The notes below the pieces were generated by a model. It saw only the letters and a program-made list of their open reading frames with translations, was not told the origin of the DNA and ran no database searches. The position numbers and the translations under genes are program-made. Shown piece by piece: positions 63,787 to 64,000 of a stretch of DNA of 64,000 nt. Position 1 is the first letter of the stretch, and each line of letters opens with the position of its first letter. The DNA lies in the NCBI RefSeq assembly GCF_006345805.1, contig NC_043015.1, forward strand, positions 14,632,001 through 14,696,000, read 5' to 3'. The DNA is from Octopus sinensis (lineage: Eukaryota).

Positions 63787-64000
63787 CAAAGGGGTGCTGA
63801 AAAGTTCATGGTTTTGGATAAAAGAAAATACAGGAGGATCAGTTAATTATAATTTTATTCAATATACTCTCCTCACAAATTCACACACTCATTGCAGCAG
63901 TCCTTCAGCTTTTCTAAGCCCTGTAAAAGAACTTGGAAGGTTGGGCCTCCACCCAGGCCTTTTGCGATACCCTTAAAGCCAGGAACTTTTCAGCACCCTT
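63787..64000. mobile_element. Mariner-type MITE (about 215 bp) running to the window edge
   Basis: TA then CAAAGGGGTGCTGAAAAGTTCATGGTTT at the left; AAAGCCAGGAACTTTTCAGCACCCTT at the right (inverted match of about 26 bp). Confidence 0.8.

Overview
Eukaryotic, very AT-rich, repeat-dense genomic DNA with one 100-N assembly gap (10677-10776). The repeat families are ones I recall as typical of Octopus (coleoid cephalopod); this taxon call is an inference, not a database result. There are no prokaryotic features, CRISPR arrays, rRNA genes or true tRNA genes. Almost all ORF-track entries are microsatellite or transposon artefacts. I find a probable plus-strand host gene with tiny exons and very long introns. 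Three phase-compatible exons (6029-6130, 21413-21463, 29774-29875) join into an 85-aa N-terminus, and a further candidate exon lies at 51092-51159. I could not identify the protein. The introns contain tRNA-derived SINEs, decayed LINEs (CR1/L2-like, RTE, and an RLE-type R4/NeSL-like element), a Penelope element with RT and GIY-YIG halves in opposite orientation, a DD37D (maT) transposase relic, a hAT relic, MITEs and long foldback hairpins. The most notable signal is nine hammerhead-ribozyme-like motifs (CUGANGA...GAAAC...GUH) at eight loci, from several unrelated sequence families. One is a nearly textbook GUC-cleaving minimal hammerhead at 21808-21878 (minus strand), and two form a head-to-head palindromic pair at 4469-4585. 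Hammerheads in Penelope-like element termini are established knowledge, so any novelty lies in these specific families, their junction variants and a possible orientation bias inside the host gene. Other items of note are a microhomology-flanked templated insertion, orphan inserts flanked by target-site duplications (TSDs), and a visible SINE/LINE shared 3' tail. All alignments and folds were done by eye, and repeat boundaries are approximate unless a TSD or terminal inverted repeat (TIR) is quoted.
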